From contig CAWJYV010000008.1 of the NCBI GenBank assembly GCA_963847185.1, positions 1,056,001 to 1,120,000 on the forward strand: a DNA stretch of 64,000 bases, given 5' to 3'. The notes under the pieces were generated by a model. That model had not been told where the DNA came from, ran no database searches, and saw only the letters and a program-made list of their open reading frames with translations. Made by a program: the position numbers and the translations under genes. Shown here piece by piece: positions 20,584-30,745 of the stretch. Position 1 is the stretch's first letter. Each line of letters begins with the position of its first letter. This DNA comes from an uncultured Methanosarcinaceae archaeon (GTDB lineage Archaea; Halobacteriota; Methanosarcinia; Methanosarcinales; Methanosarcinaceae).

Positions 20584-20724
20584 TTGTCAAAAGAACGCAG
20601 AGAATCGTCCTTTCAGCCTGAACCAATACCAGAACCGGAACCAGAACCATTTCCTTCGCCTGAACCGATACCAGAACCGGAACCAGAACCGGAATATGAG
20701 CACAAGCCAAAGAGAAAAAAGTAA
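20584..20724 (+). CDS. 46-aa Pro/Glu-rich small protein
   Basis: AGGGGGAG RBS, TTG start, MSKERRESSFQPEPIPEPEPEPFPSPEPIPEPEPEPEYEHKPKRKK; wobble variation among PE codons. Confidence 0.6.
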   Translation: MSKERRESSFQPEPIPEPEPEPFPSPEPIPEPEPEPEYEHKPKRKK

Positions 20725-20745
20725 CTACAATAAAGTGCGGCAGGT

Positions 20746-21306
20746 ATGATCACAAAAGTTTACATAGCTCACTGTGAGGAGGATGAACCGCTTGCTCAGG
20801 AACTTACGAGAGCGCTCTGGGCAGTGGAACTGGAGAGTTTTTCCTCCCTTTACAGGAAAGCTCGAATTCTTTCCCTTGCCGAAAGAATACGGTTTGGCAT
20901 CCGACAGTCTGATTGTGTCATCCCGATTCTCACAAAGGAAGGTGTAAAGTCTCCTGTAGTAAACCAGGAAATAGGCCTGGCAATCGGAGCAGATCAGTTC
21001 ATAATTCCTTTGGTAGAAACCGGAGTGGAATTGCCTGTTCTTATACACCACCTCCAGCCCATCAATTTTTCTTCAGATGCTTATGAAGATGCTCTGGGAA
21101 AATTAATACAGAACATAAGACAGCTCACAAGGCTTGACTGGCTGAAAATAAAATGCCCATACTGTGGAGAAGAAATGACACAGTATATATCTCCTGAAGA
21201 GGAAGTAGAAAAAGCTCTTCTTGCAGGGAAACATCTCGAGACAAAATGCAGCTACTGTCAGAGTAAAATTAATCTGGATCCTAGGACTTTCAGGCCCCTT
21301 CTCTGA
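20746..21306 (+). CDS. TIR-domain protein with C-terminal zinc ribbon
   Basis: KVYIAHCEED, IRQSDCVIPILT, SPVVNQEIG (conserved TIR Glu), IIPLV; CPYC...CSYC. Confidence 0.8.
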   Translation: MITKVYIAHCEEDEPLAQELTRALWAVELESFSSLYRKARILSLAERIRFGIRQSDCVIPILTKEGVKSPVVNQEIGLAIGADQFIIPLVETGVELPVLIHHLQPINFSSDAYEDALGKLIQNIRQLTRLDWLKIKCPYCGEEMTQYISPEEEVEKALLAGKHLETKCSYCQSKINLDPRTFRPLL

Positions 21307-21364
21307 TCATTCTCTGACTGTTGATTAAACAGAATAGTTAAAAAATAGAAAAGAGGTTTAACTG

Positions 21365-21763
21365 ATGGAGAAAAGAGTAACTGATGAGGTAAGAGATGAG
21401 CCAGGAGAACCAATGGTAGCTAAATCAAAAATGGGCGAAGCTACAGTAAGTGAGTTAGAAGTTAAGGGAATAGAAGAGCTTACTCCAATAGAAAAGAGGC
21501 ATCTGCTCTTGCAGCTTGCCCGCGATAAGGTAAAGAACAATTCTGTAGGACCATGGGAAATAACTGATATCAGAAGGGAAGAATGGAGAACTGTTAAAGC
21601 TACATTAACCCAACCGGTAGAAATCGATGTAAAAGACACAGGAAGAGATGCTCTCTTTGAGGTATTGCTTGACATAACACAATTAGAAAGAGAGCTTGAA
21701 GCAGAAAAGGTCGAAGTAGATGAACTTGAGACACAGAAACGAAAAGCTACATCAAGAAAGTGA
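21365..21763 (+). CDS. Hypothetical charged protein
   Basis: GAGGT RBS; 132-aa ORF following the TIR gene. Confidence 0.7.
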   Translation: MEKRVTDEVRDEPGEPMVAKSKMGEATVSELEVKGIEELTPIEKRHLLLQLARDKVKNNSVGPWEITDIRREEWRTVKATLTQPVEIDVKDTGRDALFEVLLDITQLERELEAEKVEVDELETQKRKATSRK

Positions 21764-21975
21764 TCTGAGACATGTAAGTTAAGAGCAGAAGATAACAATA
21801 AGAAATAAAAAATAAATCAAAAATAGTAAAAGATGTCTAAAAGGCAAAGATAAAAACTTCAGGAACTTATCCATATTAAACCATAGAAGTTACAGATAGA
21901 CAGATCCTGAAGTAATCTTTAAGCCTGCGCTTTGAAAAAGAATAGTTTTCCTTTTAACTCTGGAATGGATTATAT

Positions 21976-22170
21976 TTAGAATTTTTTACTTTTCCGTTTC
22001 GCGTAACACTCCCTGCAATAGACAGGTCTATCAGGGTCCGGCTCGAAGGGTACCTCTGTTTCCTGATCACATTCAGAACATTTTGTTGTGTACATCTTTC
22101 TTGGTTCTATATCTGAATCTCGGCCTCTGCTGAAACCTTGATCCTTACTCTGGAAACCTTTTCGCTCCAT
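21976..22170 (-). CDS. CxxC-x17-CxxC domain small zinc-binding protein
   Basis: PRKMYTTKCSECDQETEVPFEPDPDRPVYCREC. Confidence 0.9.
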   Translation of the reverse strand: MERKGFQSKDQGFSRGRDSDIEPRKMYTTKCSECDQETEVPFEPDPDRPVYCRECYAKRKSKKF

Positions 22171-22788
22171 TATATTTTCCCCTATACTATTTCCCCTAAA
22201 GTCACACTCAAGAGATCACCAGATATTCAAAAAGCAACCTAGATAAAAATAAAATTCTTTCCGGAGAACCCTGATGAATTAAATGAGTAATTAATATCTG
22301 CTACAATAATATTTATTGTTGTTTATTTTGATATTTTTACTGGTGCTTTACTTGATAATTTAAGTCTTTCAAAACTTTACTTATGCTTATGGTTGATCTG
22401 CAATTGACATTTCTCAGTTTATATTTCTGAAATGAGATCTCATTAAAAAGCCAAGGTATAAAATGGTGTTTAGAATTGAAATGAAGCCTTTAGTAAGTTT
22501 GCTATTACCTCCTCTGACCAATTTTTAAATTAAATAGTGGAGCTATTAAAAAATGTCAAAATTTCACTAAAGGCATTATTTCATGAAAAATGAAGGAGGT
22601 TTGGAGCCTCCTTATTTCTAGTCAAATGGAAAGACTGCCTAACTTCCTCTGACTGGTCACATTCTCTGTAACAAATATAAATTGATGTTGACTCCTGAGG
22701 AATAGTGATCTTCTTGCCATTAATTATTCAGAAGTTTAGACAAATTTACTTTAACTGTTTTCCCATTTGATAACTTGCCTTAAAAAAC

Positions 22789-22977
22789 TTATTTCCCTTG
22801 GAATTCCTTGCTCACATCTGCAGCGTTTGTATATTCCCTTTCTGGAAGGTCCTCAAGAACCTGAATTACCTTGTCGCTGGCTTTGTGACTCTTAGCATGC
22901 TTAATAAGATCCTTCTTATGTACAGGATAGTCAATATCCTTCAAAGCTTTCTGAACTTCAATCGGACTTGTTAGCAT
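22789..22977 (-). CDS. DUF2795 domain small protein
   Basis: VQKALKDIDYPVHKKDLIKHA...LPEREYTNAADV. Confidence 0.88.
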   Translation of the reverse strand: MLTSPIEVQKALKDIDYPVHKKDLIKHAKSHKASDKVIQVLEDLPEREYTNAADVSKEFQGK

Positions 22978-23159
22978 AAAATTTCCCCCTATTAATTATA
23001 TTCTCAAATTCTACGCTGATATTATTATCAGTACCTGAATAACTTCTCAGAAGATCTTGTGTGAACTTCTGTTGCATAAATTCTAGCCGTATTCCCGAGC
23101 AAATTTACTTGAAAAAATATGTTCAGTAAATTGGTACTCTTTGGCTTCGGCTGCCCAGA

Positions 23160-23370
23160 TACGTTTGCTTTTCAAACGTTCGATTTCTCTGGTGACCATT
23201 ACCAGGAGTCTTATACTCTATTTCAGATATCCCCTTTAGAAGATCCAGAACATCGTTGCTTGCCTGTTTTCTTTCAGCAAACCTAATGAGGTCATCTCTG
23301 CTTGCCGGATAACCTTTGTCCCTGCGAGTTATGAACTCCTTAACCTCGCATGGACCTCTTTTGATGAATT
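23160..23370 (-). pseudogene. Degenerate second DUF2795 gene
   Basis: GYPASRDDLIRFAERKQASNDVLDLLKGISEIEYKTP, then a frameshift to VTREIERLK; GGAGGTG RBS without a valid start codon. Confidence 0.65.
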
Positions 23371-23846
23371 CACCTCCCTAGATTCAGGTAGCTATTACCG
23401 TTCCCATTTAGTTGCCCACCCTCCAATGAGTATTATGTGAGGTATAATATAAAAAAGAATTCAACCCAAACGTTTGTTAGAAGATAACTAGTTAGGTCTG
23501 AAAACTCTTTATTTTTTGGGAAATTGATGAAACCTGAAAAAAGGAGTCCAAGAGGAACTTACATTGAATCTTAGGACTCATGTGTATAATCTGGATCAAA
23601 ATAGGAGGATCAAAAAAAGACCTTCAGAACAGGTGATAAGTGATAAATGATACTCCATCAGAAAATGAGTTAACCACGTTTACAAAAAACTTTATTGAAA
23701 GAGACTGGATTTCAGAATTCTGAAAAGAAAAAAAGTGATATGTATTAGGTCTATAAGTCCTGATACTTACAATAGGTACTACTTTTTGGCAGTTAGCACT
23801 TCCCTTATAGAGATTATGGCCACAGTATCTGCAACAAAGCCGGGAT

Positions 23847-24533
23847 TCAGAAGAGTCCAATAATAAACATCAATAGACCTGAGAATACAGGAATTAAAAA
23901 ATTATCGTTAAGGAAAAACTTGAGCATCGTCTGAGAATTAAATTCTCTGATAGTCTGTAAATTTATAATACTTTCCAGTAGCATCCCCCCTGCAGAACCA
24001 ACAAGAGCCTGAGCAGGAGATACAAAAAAAGAAGAGGCAAAAAAGGCTCCAATAAGGCCTGAAATAGTTCCTTCTACGGTTTTTTGTTCAGAATAGGGAA
24101 GCTTATGCCTGCCTATCAAGACACCCATTGCTGTTGCTATTGAATCTCCGAATGCAACAATTGCAATCGAGGCATAAACAATATTTTCAGGAAACAATAC
24201 AAAAGAAAGGGTTATACCGCAAAGGAGAAGAATAGTCCCTTTAAACGGGACGGTCTGTTTTGAAGGTCTTCCCCACCTGCATAAAAAAGTAGATAACGAA
24301 CTGGGAAGTTTATTTGTTAGAATTATAACTGACATTATAACATAAAAAAGAATTAGAAGTAACAGGACGGTCAATGCCTTGTTACCGGCTATCCAAATTA
24401 AAGTAATTAAAACTATTCCTGTAGACAGGTGTATTAACTGACGCTCAACTTCACCTTTAAGAGAGGATTTCCGATCGGGATAATCACACTTTAAATTTGG
24501 ATTTTGCTCGATTACCATGAAATCACTCTTCAT
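23847..24533 (-). CDS. Dolichol/phytol (polyprenol) kinase family membrane protein
   Basis: RQLIHL, AFGDSIATAMG, KTVEGT, NDNFLIP. Confidence 0.88.
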   Translation of the reverse strand: MKSDFMVIEQNPNLKCDYPDRKSSLKGEVERQLIHLSTGIVLITLIWIAGNKALTVLLLLILFYVIMSVIILTNKLPSSLSTFLCRWGRPSKQTVPFKGTILLLCGITLSFVLFPENIVYASIAIVAFGDSIATAMGVLIGRHKLPYSEQKTVEGTISGLIGAFFASSFFVSPAQALVGSAGGMLLESIINLQTIREFNSQTMLKFFLNDNFLIPVFSGLLMFIIGLF

Positions 24534-25136
24534 GATCTAACTTCTATGACTCTATCTCATGGCCTTACTTCATGACATCATGCTCTTTTAAGAGTAACTA
24601 GAGTTATCTGACCAAATAACTTATAAAAAATAAAATTTTAGAATTTAATCCCTTTCTTTGTAACTATGCCTGATTAGAGATATGTCCTTAGATATATAAA
24701 TAGATACAGATGAAAATCCAGTATTGTAATAGATCACCAATCCGGCTTTTCAAGTTTGATCATTTCAGCAGAAATGCCGGTAAACTTTAAAGAGAGTCCA
24801 TATCAGAAAGAAGCTTGAAAAAAGGAAGCAATAGATCAAGGAATAATGAGCTAATGAATATCAATTCATGGATGAATAACTTGGTAAAGTTGAAAGACGA
24901 GAAGGCAAAATGCTTATGCCAAAAGTAGTCGTTTCTGATGGATATATCTTGCAATCTGTGTTAATACAGAAAAAACTTTTGAAGTAGGAGAAAATAATAA
25001 AGAAGTAAAATGAATTTAACAAAAAAATTTATTTTTCCATTAGAGGGTGACTTAAAGAAGCTTTTAAAGCGTTCAATTCGAATTCTTGATGTCAGAACTT
25101 ATGGATAATATCAGCATAAATTTGGGATAAACTGAG

Positions 25137-25316
25137 TCACCTTCTCTTTCCAATAAAAAAATAGAATACAGCTCCCAATACTCCGAAGATGAGAGTAACT
25201 ACTATCCACATAATTTTCGTCATATCGTTCAAGCTTCTGTTTTGAGTCAATGTGTCATAGACAACCCATATGAATGAAACAAGAGAAATTAACCCCCAGA
25301 TACTGAGTAAAATCAA
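25137..25316 (-). CDS. 59-aa PLDc N-terminal-like membrane protein (missing from the ORF track)
   Basis: GGAGG RBS plus TTG; ...FIWVVYDTLTQNRSLNDMTKIMWIVVTLIFGVLGAVFYFFIGKRR*. Confidence 0.75.
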   Translation of the reverse strand: MILLSIWGLISLVSFIWVVYDTLTQNRSLNDMTKIMWIVVTLIFGVLGAVFYFFIGKRR

Positions 25317-25397
25317 TAAGAAACCTCCTAAGATGAAAATAAGTTTTAAAGATATATAAATATCTTCAATGTTGTCAGATTAAAGAAAAGAAGTAAT

Positions 25398-26132
25398 TCA
25401 ATCCACGAGCGAAAAATACATTCTCCTATTGCTTTTCCCTTTGTTCTGAAGTTTCTCAATCTTAACCCCTTTTATCTCTCCCGTATTCTTCAAATGAGTT
25501 CCACCGCACGCCTCAATTGTTTCGTCTTCAATTTCAACAAGACGAACTTCACTGATCTCCTCGGAAAAGCCTTTGGCAAGGGTAGTAAGCCTTGAGAGTT
25601 TCTCTTCAGCTTCTTTTCGGCTGACAAGGTAAAGATTGACAGGATGATTCTGATCTATCACGTTATTTGCTATTTTCTCATATTCAATGAACTTGTCCCT
25701 ATCAAAAGCTTCAAGGCTGAAATCCACGCGACTTTGGTCAAGGCCTAGCTGATTTCCCGTAATCTGCGCTCCTGCTTCTCTTTCAATTACACTGGCTAAA
25801 ACGTGAGTTGCCGTATGCATCCTCATATGCCTGTAGCGGCGATCCCAATCAATAAATCCTTTTACCCTGTCTCCAGCTTTCAGGCTAACAAAAACATTTT
25901 CTACAGGAACTATTTCGTGACTTATTTCTCCATTGAACTTACCGACGTAAATAACTTCAAACTCAACCCCATCATTTTCCCGAATTAACTTTCCTGTATC
26001 ATTGGGCTGACCACCGCTTTCGGGATAAAAGGCCGTGCGGTCGAGGATAATATATTTGCTATCAGTTACTTTTTCAACAGTTGCTTCAAAATCTTTCAGG
26101 TAGCAGTCAAGAAAATAAAGTACTTCTGTCAT
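25398..26132 (-). CDS. alaX: Alanyl-tRNA editing protein AlaX (AlaX-M type)
   Basis: LDRTAFYPESGGQP, MRMHTATH, CGGTH zinc motifs. Confidence 0.95.
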   Translation of the reverse strand: MTEVLYFLDCYLKDFEATVEKVTDSKYIILDRTAFYPESGGQPNDTGKLIRENDGVEFEVIYVGKFNGEISHEIVPVENVFVSLKAGDRVKGFIDWDRRYRHMRMHTATHVLASVIEREAGAQITGNQLGLDQSRVDFSLEAFDRDKFIEYEKIANNVIDQNHPVNLYLVSRKEAEEKLSRLTTLAKGFSEEISEVRLVEIEDETIEACGGTHLKNTGEIKGVKIEKLQNKGKSNRRMYFSLVD

Positions 26133-26237
26133 TGTTAAACCTCTTTTTAAATTTCTTTTAAATGGAATTAAAAGTGTTATAATCAAAAGATCTCAATAAT
26201 AATATCAGGTACGGAATACTTCCTTAAAAGAATTTCC

Positions 26238-26299
26238 AAATTACACTCTCAAATTACACTCTCAAATTACACTCTCAAATTACACTCTCAAATTACACT
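26238..26299. repeat. 13-bp tandem repeat (AAATTACACTCTC x4.8)
   Basis: Directly visible upstream of alaX. Confidence 0.9.
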
Positions 26300-26437
26300 T
26301 AATGGGTTTCGAAAAGAAGACAAAAACGAAAAAGTATAGAGATTCTCCTGTACATTCTGAGCCTTACCTTACTTTTACCAAGAGAACTCCTGCGAACAAT
26401 AAAACAGCATAGATTAAAATTTCTCTAAAATTTAAAA

Positions 26438-27709
26438 TTAGAAATGAACTGTCACGTCCTTGTCAATCAAATTAATACTGGAAAGAAGTTTTTTCTGCTT
26501 TTTTTCGAGCTCTTCCCTTAAAGCAGTCAACTTTTTCTCAGAATTTTTGATATCTTCTTCAAGTAATCGAACTCTACTCAGAAGTTCTGACTCTTTATGT
26601 TCAAGTACGACAAGTTTTCCGGTATCTGAGCTTTCAAGTTCAGACTCCTTTGCTTCAAATTCCTGTAAAATTTCAAGGTATTCTTTTTTCTTTTCTGAAA
26701 AAACCGAGATTGCAGTCTGTACCTGGTGAAGGGCTTTTTCCTTTTTCTGAGTCTGTATATCCAGAGCATTATCTTCAAACGCCTTTTGAAGTTCCGGGAA
26801 AAAAGAAGGATCAACATGTATGGGATCTTCAAGACAGATGTCAAGCTGCTTCTTTACTTCGGGCTTTAAGGTGTATCTGGTACTTTCATGAAGCTTTTTT
26901 ATCCTTGAAAGATGGCCTGAAAGCGGAAGGACAAGAGAAATTAAGCCTGTCTCGGCTTTTTTGAGCCTGTCCTTGAGAGTATTAAATTCCTCCTGAGTCT
27001 TCTGTAATTTCTGCCACATATCCCCTTTCTTGAACTCTTCAAGCTCCTGATTAACCCTGGAAATGTCGTCCTTCAAAACCTGAACCTTTCTGCTTTTAGA
27101 CTCAAATTCGAGCCTTTCTGTGGTTATCGAAACTGAAAGTTCCTGGATATCTTTTATATCCGAAGACGCCGTTTCAATAGCTTCCGTTTCTCTCTTATTT
27201 TCCAGAACTGCCCTTCCAAGTTCGTTAAAAACCTGACCTAAACTGGCAAGGCTCTCACTAACCTCTTTCGATTCTTCAGGAAAAACACCTCTTGTATACC
27301 GAAAGCTCCTGTTCATATGCTCCAGACAAATATCGAGGTTCTGCGCAGATGTCTCATAGAACCCTTTAAGAATCCTGAAATCTTTGTTTTCCTGAACCCT
27401 AATTTTATCAATCAGCATTGAGACCTGTTTTGTCACATTTTCTCTATTACTCTTCGCTCTTTTTACAGCCCTTATGTCAAAGTCTCCCTCGACTTTTGCT
27501 TCCGCAAGCTTGGAGTTGCTTTCTTTGAGTGCCGACAGTGAAATTTCAAGCTCACTCAAAAGGCCGGAAATATCCTTTTCCATTCCGGAGGATATTTTTT
27601 GATAATTTTCATCCAGCCACGCAGGCAGATATTTAAAATCGATTTCTTTGAGACCTGTTTTTTCACTAAAACCTTCTTTTTTTCCGAAGAGCTTTTTAAT
27701 CCATTTCAA
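26438..27709 (-). CDS. Coiled-coil hypothetical protein
   Basis: 423-aa E/K/L-rich heptad pattern; no ATPase motif seen. Confidence 0.8.
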   Translation of the reverse strand: MKWIKKLFGKKEGFSEKTGLKEIDFKYLPAWLDENYQKISSGMEKDISGLLSELEISLSALKESNSKLAEAKVEGDFDIRAVKRAKSNRENVTKQVSMLIDKIRVQENKDFRILKGFYETSAQNLDICLEHMNRSFRYTRGVFPEESKEVSESLASLGQVFNELGRAVLENKRETEAIETASSDIKDIQELSVSITTERLEFESKSRKVQVLKDDISRVNQELEEFKKGDMWQKLQKTQEEFNTLKDRLKKAETGLISLVLPLSGHLSRIKKLHESTRYTLKPEVKKQLDICLEDPIHVDPSFFPELQKAFEDNALDIQTQKKEKALHQVQTAISVFSEKKKEYLEILQEFEAKESELESSDTGKLVVLEHKESELLSRVRLLEEDIKNSEKKLTALREELEKKQKKLLSSINLIDKDVTVHF

Positions 27710-28034
27710 CCTTGACCTTCCCTGAATTTGATGAAATTATTAAGATATTTCGTTAATCCTTTGTTTGAAGAAATTATTAAATGTATTTCGTTAATCCTCA
27801 TACGTTAAAACTTATTCTATAAAGGTTTGTTCTATGCCAAACTATTCTGCATAAAAGATGGAATGGAAGAAATCATCCTTAACAATATAATTATTAAATT
27901 AATTAATGCAGTTTTTGTTGAGGACAAACCGAATTAATTAAGTAAACACCATACATAATAAACTATATAATAAAGATATATGGAAAGGGCTTTTAGTAAG
28001 TTTGTATAAAAGAAGAAAAACGAAGAGGGTAAAA

Positions 28035-28886
28035 ATGAGTGATGGAATAATGCAGCAAATAATTCCGTATACTGACATAACAGTATCGAGAATGAGCTTT
28101 GCAGTTATAGTGCTGGTTCTTGGCTTTATTATATCAAAATACATTGTTCACGCTTTCAGAAAAATAATTCAAAAAACAAAAATTCCAGACCTTACTGTTC
28201 ATTTTCTGACTAACTTTCTGAGTATTTTCCTCTATGTAATTGTTTTCCTGGCCTTCTTGAAGAGTTTGAGTTTTGATGTAGATAGTTATATAGTAGGAAT
28301 GTCCGCAGTGATAGGTCTGGTTTTAGGTCTGGGCATGCAGGATACTTTTACAAACCTGACTGCTGGTTTATGTATTGCGACAATCAGGCCCATTGACATG
28401 GGAGAAAACGTGACCTTAAATGGGCAAACAGGAAAAGTAAAAGCAGTAGGAATTATGTCAACCAACCTCTTAACATCTGATAATCAGCTCATAACAATTC
28501 CCAATAAACTTGTATGGGGAAATTCCATCATCAATATGACACGTATGCCTACCAGAAGAGTTTCGATTGATGTAGGGATAAGCTATTCATCAGACATCGA
28601 AAAAGCCATAATGATAGCCCTTGATCTTATGAAAAGAAATTCCCTTGTACTTCAGGATCCAGAGCCTTCAGTAACTATTCAAGAACTTGCTGCTTCGTCT
28701 GTAAATCTGCAGCTTGCGGCCTGGACGAAAACTGAGGATCTTGTGACTATAAAGAACAGCCTGACTGCAGAAATCTTTGAAGCTTACAAAAAAGAAGAAA
28801 TTGAGATGCCTTTTACCCAGATGGATATACATATAAAAGACATTGAAATTAAAAACAATGTAAAAAGTGACTTAAATAAAATATAA
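28035..28886 (+). CDS. mscS: Small-conductance mechanosensitive channel (MscS family)
   Basis: GLGMQDTFTNLTAG, RPIDMGE, ITIPN, VGISYSSD, EMPFTQMDIH. Confidence 0.9.
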   Translation: MSDGIMQQIIPYTDITVSRMSFAVIVLVLGFIISKYIVHAFRKIIQKTKIPDLTVHFLTNFLSIFLYVIVFLAFLKSLSFDVDSYIVGMSAVIGLVLGLGMQDTFTNLTAGLCIATIRPIDMGENVTLNGQTGKVKAVGIMSTNLLTSDNQLITIPNKLVWGNSIINMTRMPTRRVSIDVGISYSSDIEKAIMIALDLMKRNSLVLQDPEPSVTIQELAASSVNLQLAAWTKTEDLVTIKNSLTAEIFEAYKKEEIEMPFTQMDIHIKDIEIKNNVKSDLNKI

Positions 28887-28958
28887 TTTGGTGGGATAAA
28901 TAGAAGAGGATAAGAACTGATCAGACTTCGGGCAGTTTCAACAGAAAAAGCCATTCTG

Positions 28959-29048
28959 GCTAGTGTCGCGTCGATCATCAAGAATTGAAAAATTCTAAAT
29001 GATTGTAATCGATTTTATACGATATTTTGCTGTCGACGTGACACTAGC
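28959..29048. mobile_element. MITE-like element (about 90 bp) with terminal inverted repeats bounded by CTAG
   Basis: GCTAGTGTCGCGTCGA ... TCGACGTGACACTAGC (16 bp, 1 mismatch); left arm recurs at 51298. Confidence 0.7.
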
Positions 29049-29112
29049 ATGTGCGTTGAATAACTTGTCTTACTTCTTTTAAGCATTATCTGTATTTTCT
29101 TATGTATATTAT

Positions 29113-29475
29113 TTAGCAGGTTACATGGAACATTGCAGTGACTCTGCCTTCAAGTTCGTTCCAGCGTTCAATTGCCCAACCTGTCGGAAAGAGTTCTACC
29201 CCACATTTATTTTTCCTGAAAAAATCCTCAGCTTCTTCCGAAAGTTTCACAAAACCTGTCTGTCCTGTTCCGATAATGATTTTTTCTATTCCTTCTTCAT
29301 AAATGTGTTTTGCTTCTTCAAGCGAGATTTTGTGGGAAGTGCCGTAAACTTCCTTTGATAACGCTTTTTCCCTTTTTTCCACCTCTCCATTGAGCCGGAT
29401 TATAATATCATGGTCAAAGGTCTTTCCGTCCACAATAATCGAACCAAAACTAGTAGAATCAATCTTTGGCTTCAT
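29113..29475 (-). CDS. Mth938-like domain protein
   Basis: IDSTSFGSIIVDGKTFDHDI, IIIGTGQTG, terminal HVTC. Confidence 0.9.
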   Translation of the reverse strand: MKPKIDSTSFGSIIVDGKTFDHDIIIRLNGEVEKREKALSKEVYGTSHKISLEEAKHIYEEGIEKIIIGTGQTGFVKLSEEAEDFFRKNKCGVELFPTGWAIERWNELEGRVTAMFHVTC

Positions 29476-29821
29476 GTTTTACCTCGAAGTTGAGCTGAAA
29501 ACAAGATTTGATATTCTTAATTTTGTAAGAAAGGTAGCATAAACTGATTTATCAACTAAGCTAATAACCAATATCTCTAAATTAATTATAGCCGTAAAAA
29601 TTTTTCGGTAGCAACCAAAAAAGCTAAAAAATAAGGGAATGGTAAATCTTGAGCTTACCATGTTTCTCAGTTCGGTTTAACTATCTGATATGAGTTTAGC
29701 TGGATAATTTGCCATATCCATAAGAACCTTAAACTAACTCAGATATTTCCTTTCTACTGCATTTGAAATGCCGATCTAGGGCAGATCCGAGTGCCAGAGT
29801 TCAAATAACATAGATCCGGTT

Positions 29822-30745
29822 TTACACCTTTACCTCTGGGAGATTTAACATATGGATGCTACCAGAATCGGACCATACTACGACATTGCCGGAAATGACT
29901 GGTGTTTTTGCAGTGTTGCCAGAAGACAATTGCATACTCTTTCCGGTAGCTATATTATATACGTACACATCGCCCAAATCCATATTTGCAAGGTCATTGT
30001 GTTTTAAATATACAATTCTGTTATCACTTATATCAGTTGGACCACCGGTGTCGTAACCCGTCATATCATCACCGGTTGTGGCTTCTGTCTGTTGTTTGGT
30101 AGTAAGATCATAAATACGGACATTGCCCAGTCTGGTGTAAAAATCCGACCATATGACTTTGTTATCGTAAATATGTGAGAACATGTTGTCGCCATATTGA
30201 CTAGCATCTACTACTTTTTTTGTGGCAATATCATATACGTAAATCTGCGGAGTGTCTCCAGCAGAGTCTGATTCATATGATACTTTATTACCATAAATAT
30301 CAGGATTACTTCCAGTTGCTATTTTAATCTGTTTGGATGTAGATATATCGCTTACATAGACCCCAGAATTTGCACTCCATACAATTTTGTTGCCGTAAAT
30401 AGCAGGAATGCTGCTGCGGTCTACATCTTTTGTAATGTAAGACTTGGCCCTTGTGTTAATGTCAAATACAGTAAGTTTCGGCACTCCAGTACTCTCGTCA
30501 CGCCACACTAACTTGTTACCAGAGAGAGCTGGATGAGATGCTGCAGAAGAGCTAATTGTAATGTATTTTTTAGTTGTCAGATCATAAACGTGAACAATAC
30601 CAGAATCTGTCCACGTAATTTTATCATTATCGACAGCAGGTTCAGATCCGCTACCAATTTTTGTATATTGTGCAGCTGAAACCACTGTTGATATCAAAAT
30701 AAAAAATATAAGAACTGATGATATTGAAAGTAATTTACCGTTCAT
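29822..30745 (-). CDS. Secreted beta-propeller surface protein (Methanosarcina surface-layer propeller repeats)
   Basis: Signal peptide; repeated P(A/D)I(Y/S)GNK(I/V)VW...YVYD blades. Confidence 0.85.
   Translation of the reverse strand: MNGKLLSISSVLIFFILISTVVSAAQYTKIGSGSEPAVDNDKITWTDSGIVHVYDLTTKKYITISSSAASHPALSGNKLVWRDESTGVPKLTVFDINTRAKSYITKDVDRSSIPAIYGNKIVWSANSGVYVSDISTSKQIKIATGSNPDIYGNKVSYESDSAGDTPQIYVYDIATKKVVDASQYGDNMFSHIYDNKVIWSDFYTRLGNVRIYDLTTKQQTEATTGDDMTGYDTGGPTDISDNRIVYLKHNDLANMDLGDVYVYNIATGKSMQLSSGNTAKTPVISGNVVVWSDSGSIHMLNLPEVKV

Noticed and set aside
23370-23407. In-frame TAG as pyrrolysine readthrough into the DUF2795 remnant
   Set aside because: A TGA lies two codons upstream and the gene is also frameshifted; none of the main CDS stops I checked is a TAG with a plausible extension
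1481-26299. Tandem arrays at 1481, 15006 and 26238 as CRISPR arrays
   Set aside because: Units are 13-17 bp, directly abutting, with no unique spacers and no cas genes in the window
26438-27709. SMC/Rad50-like ATPase
   Set aside because: Coiled coil only; no Walker A/B or signature motif
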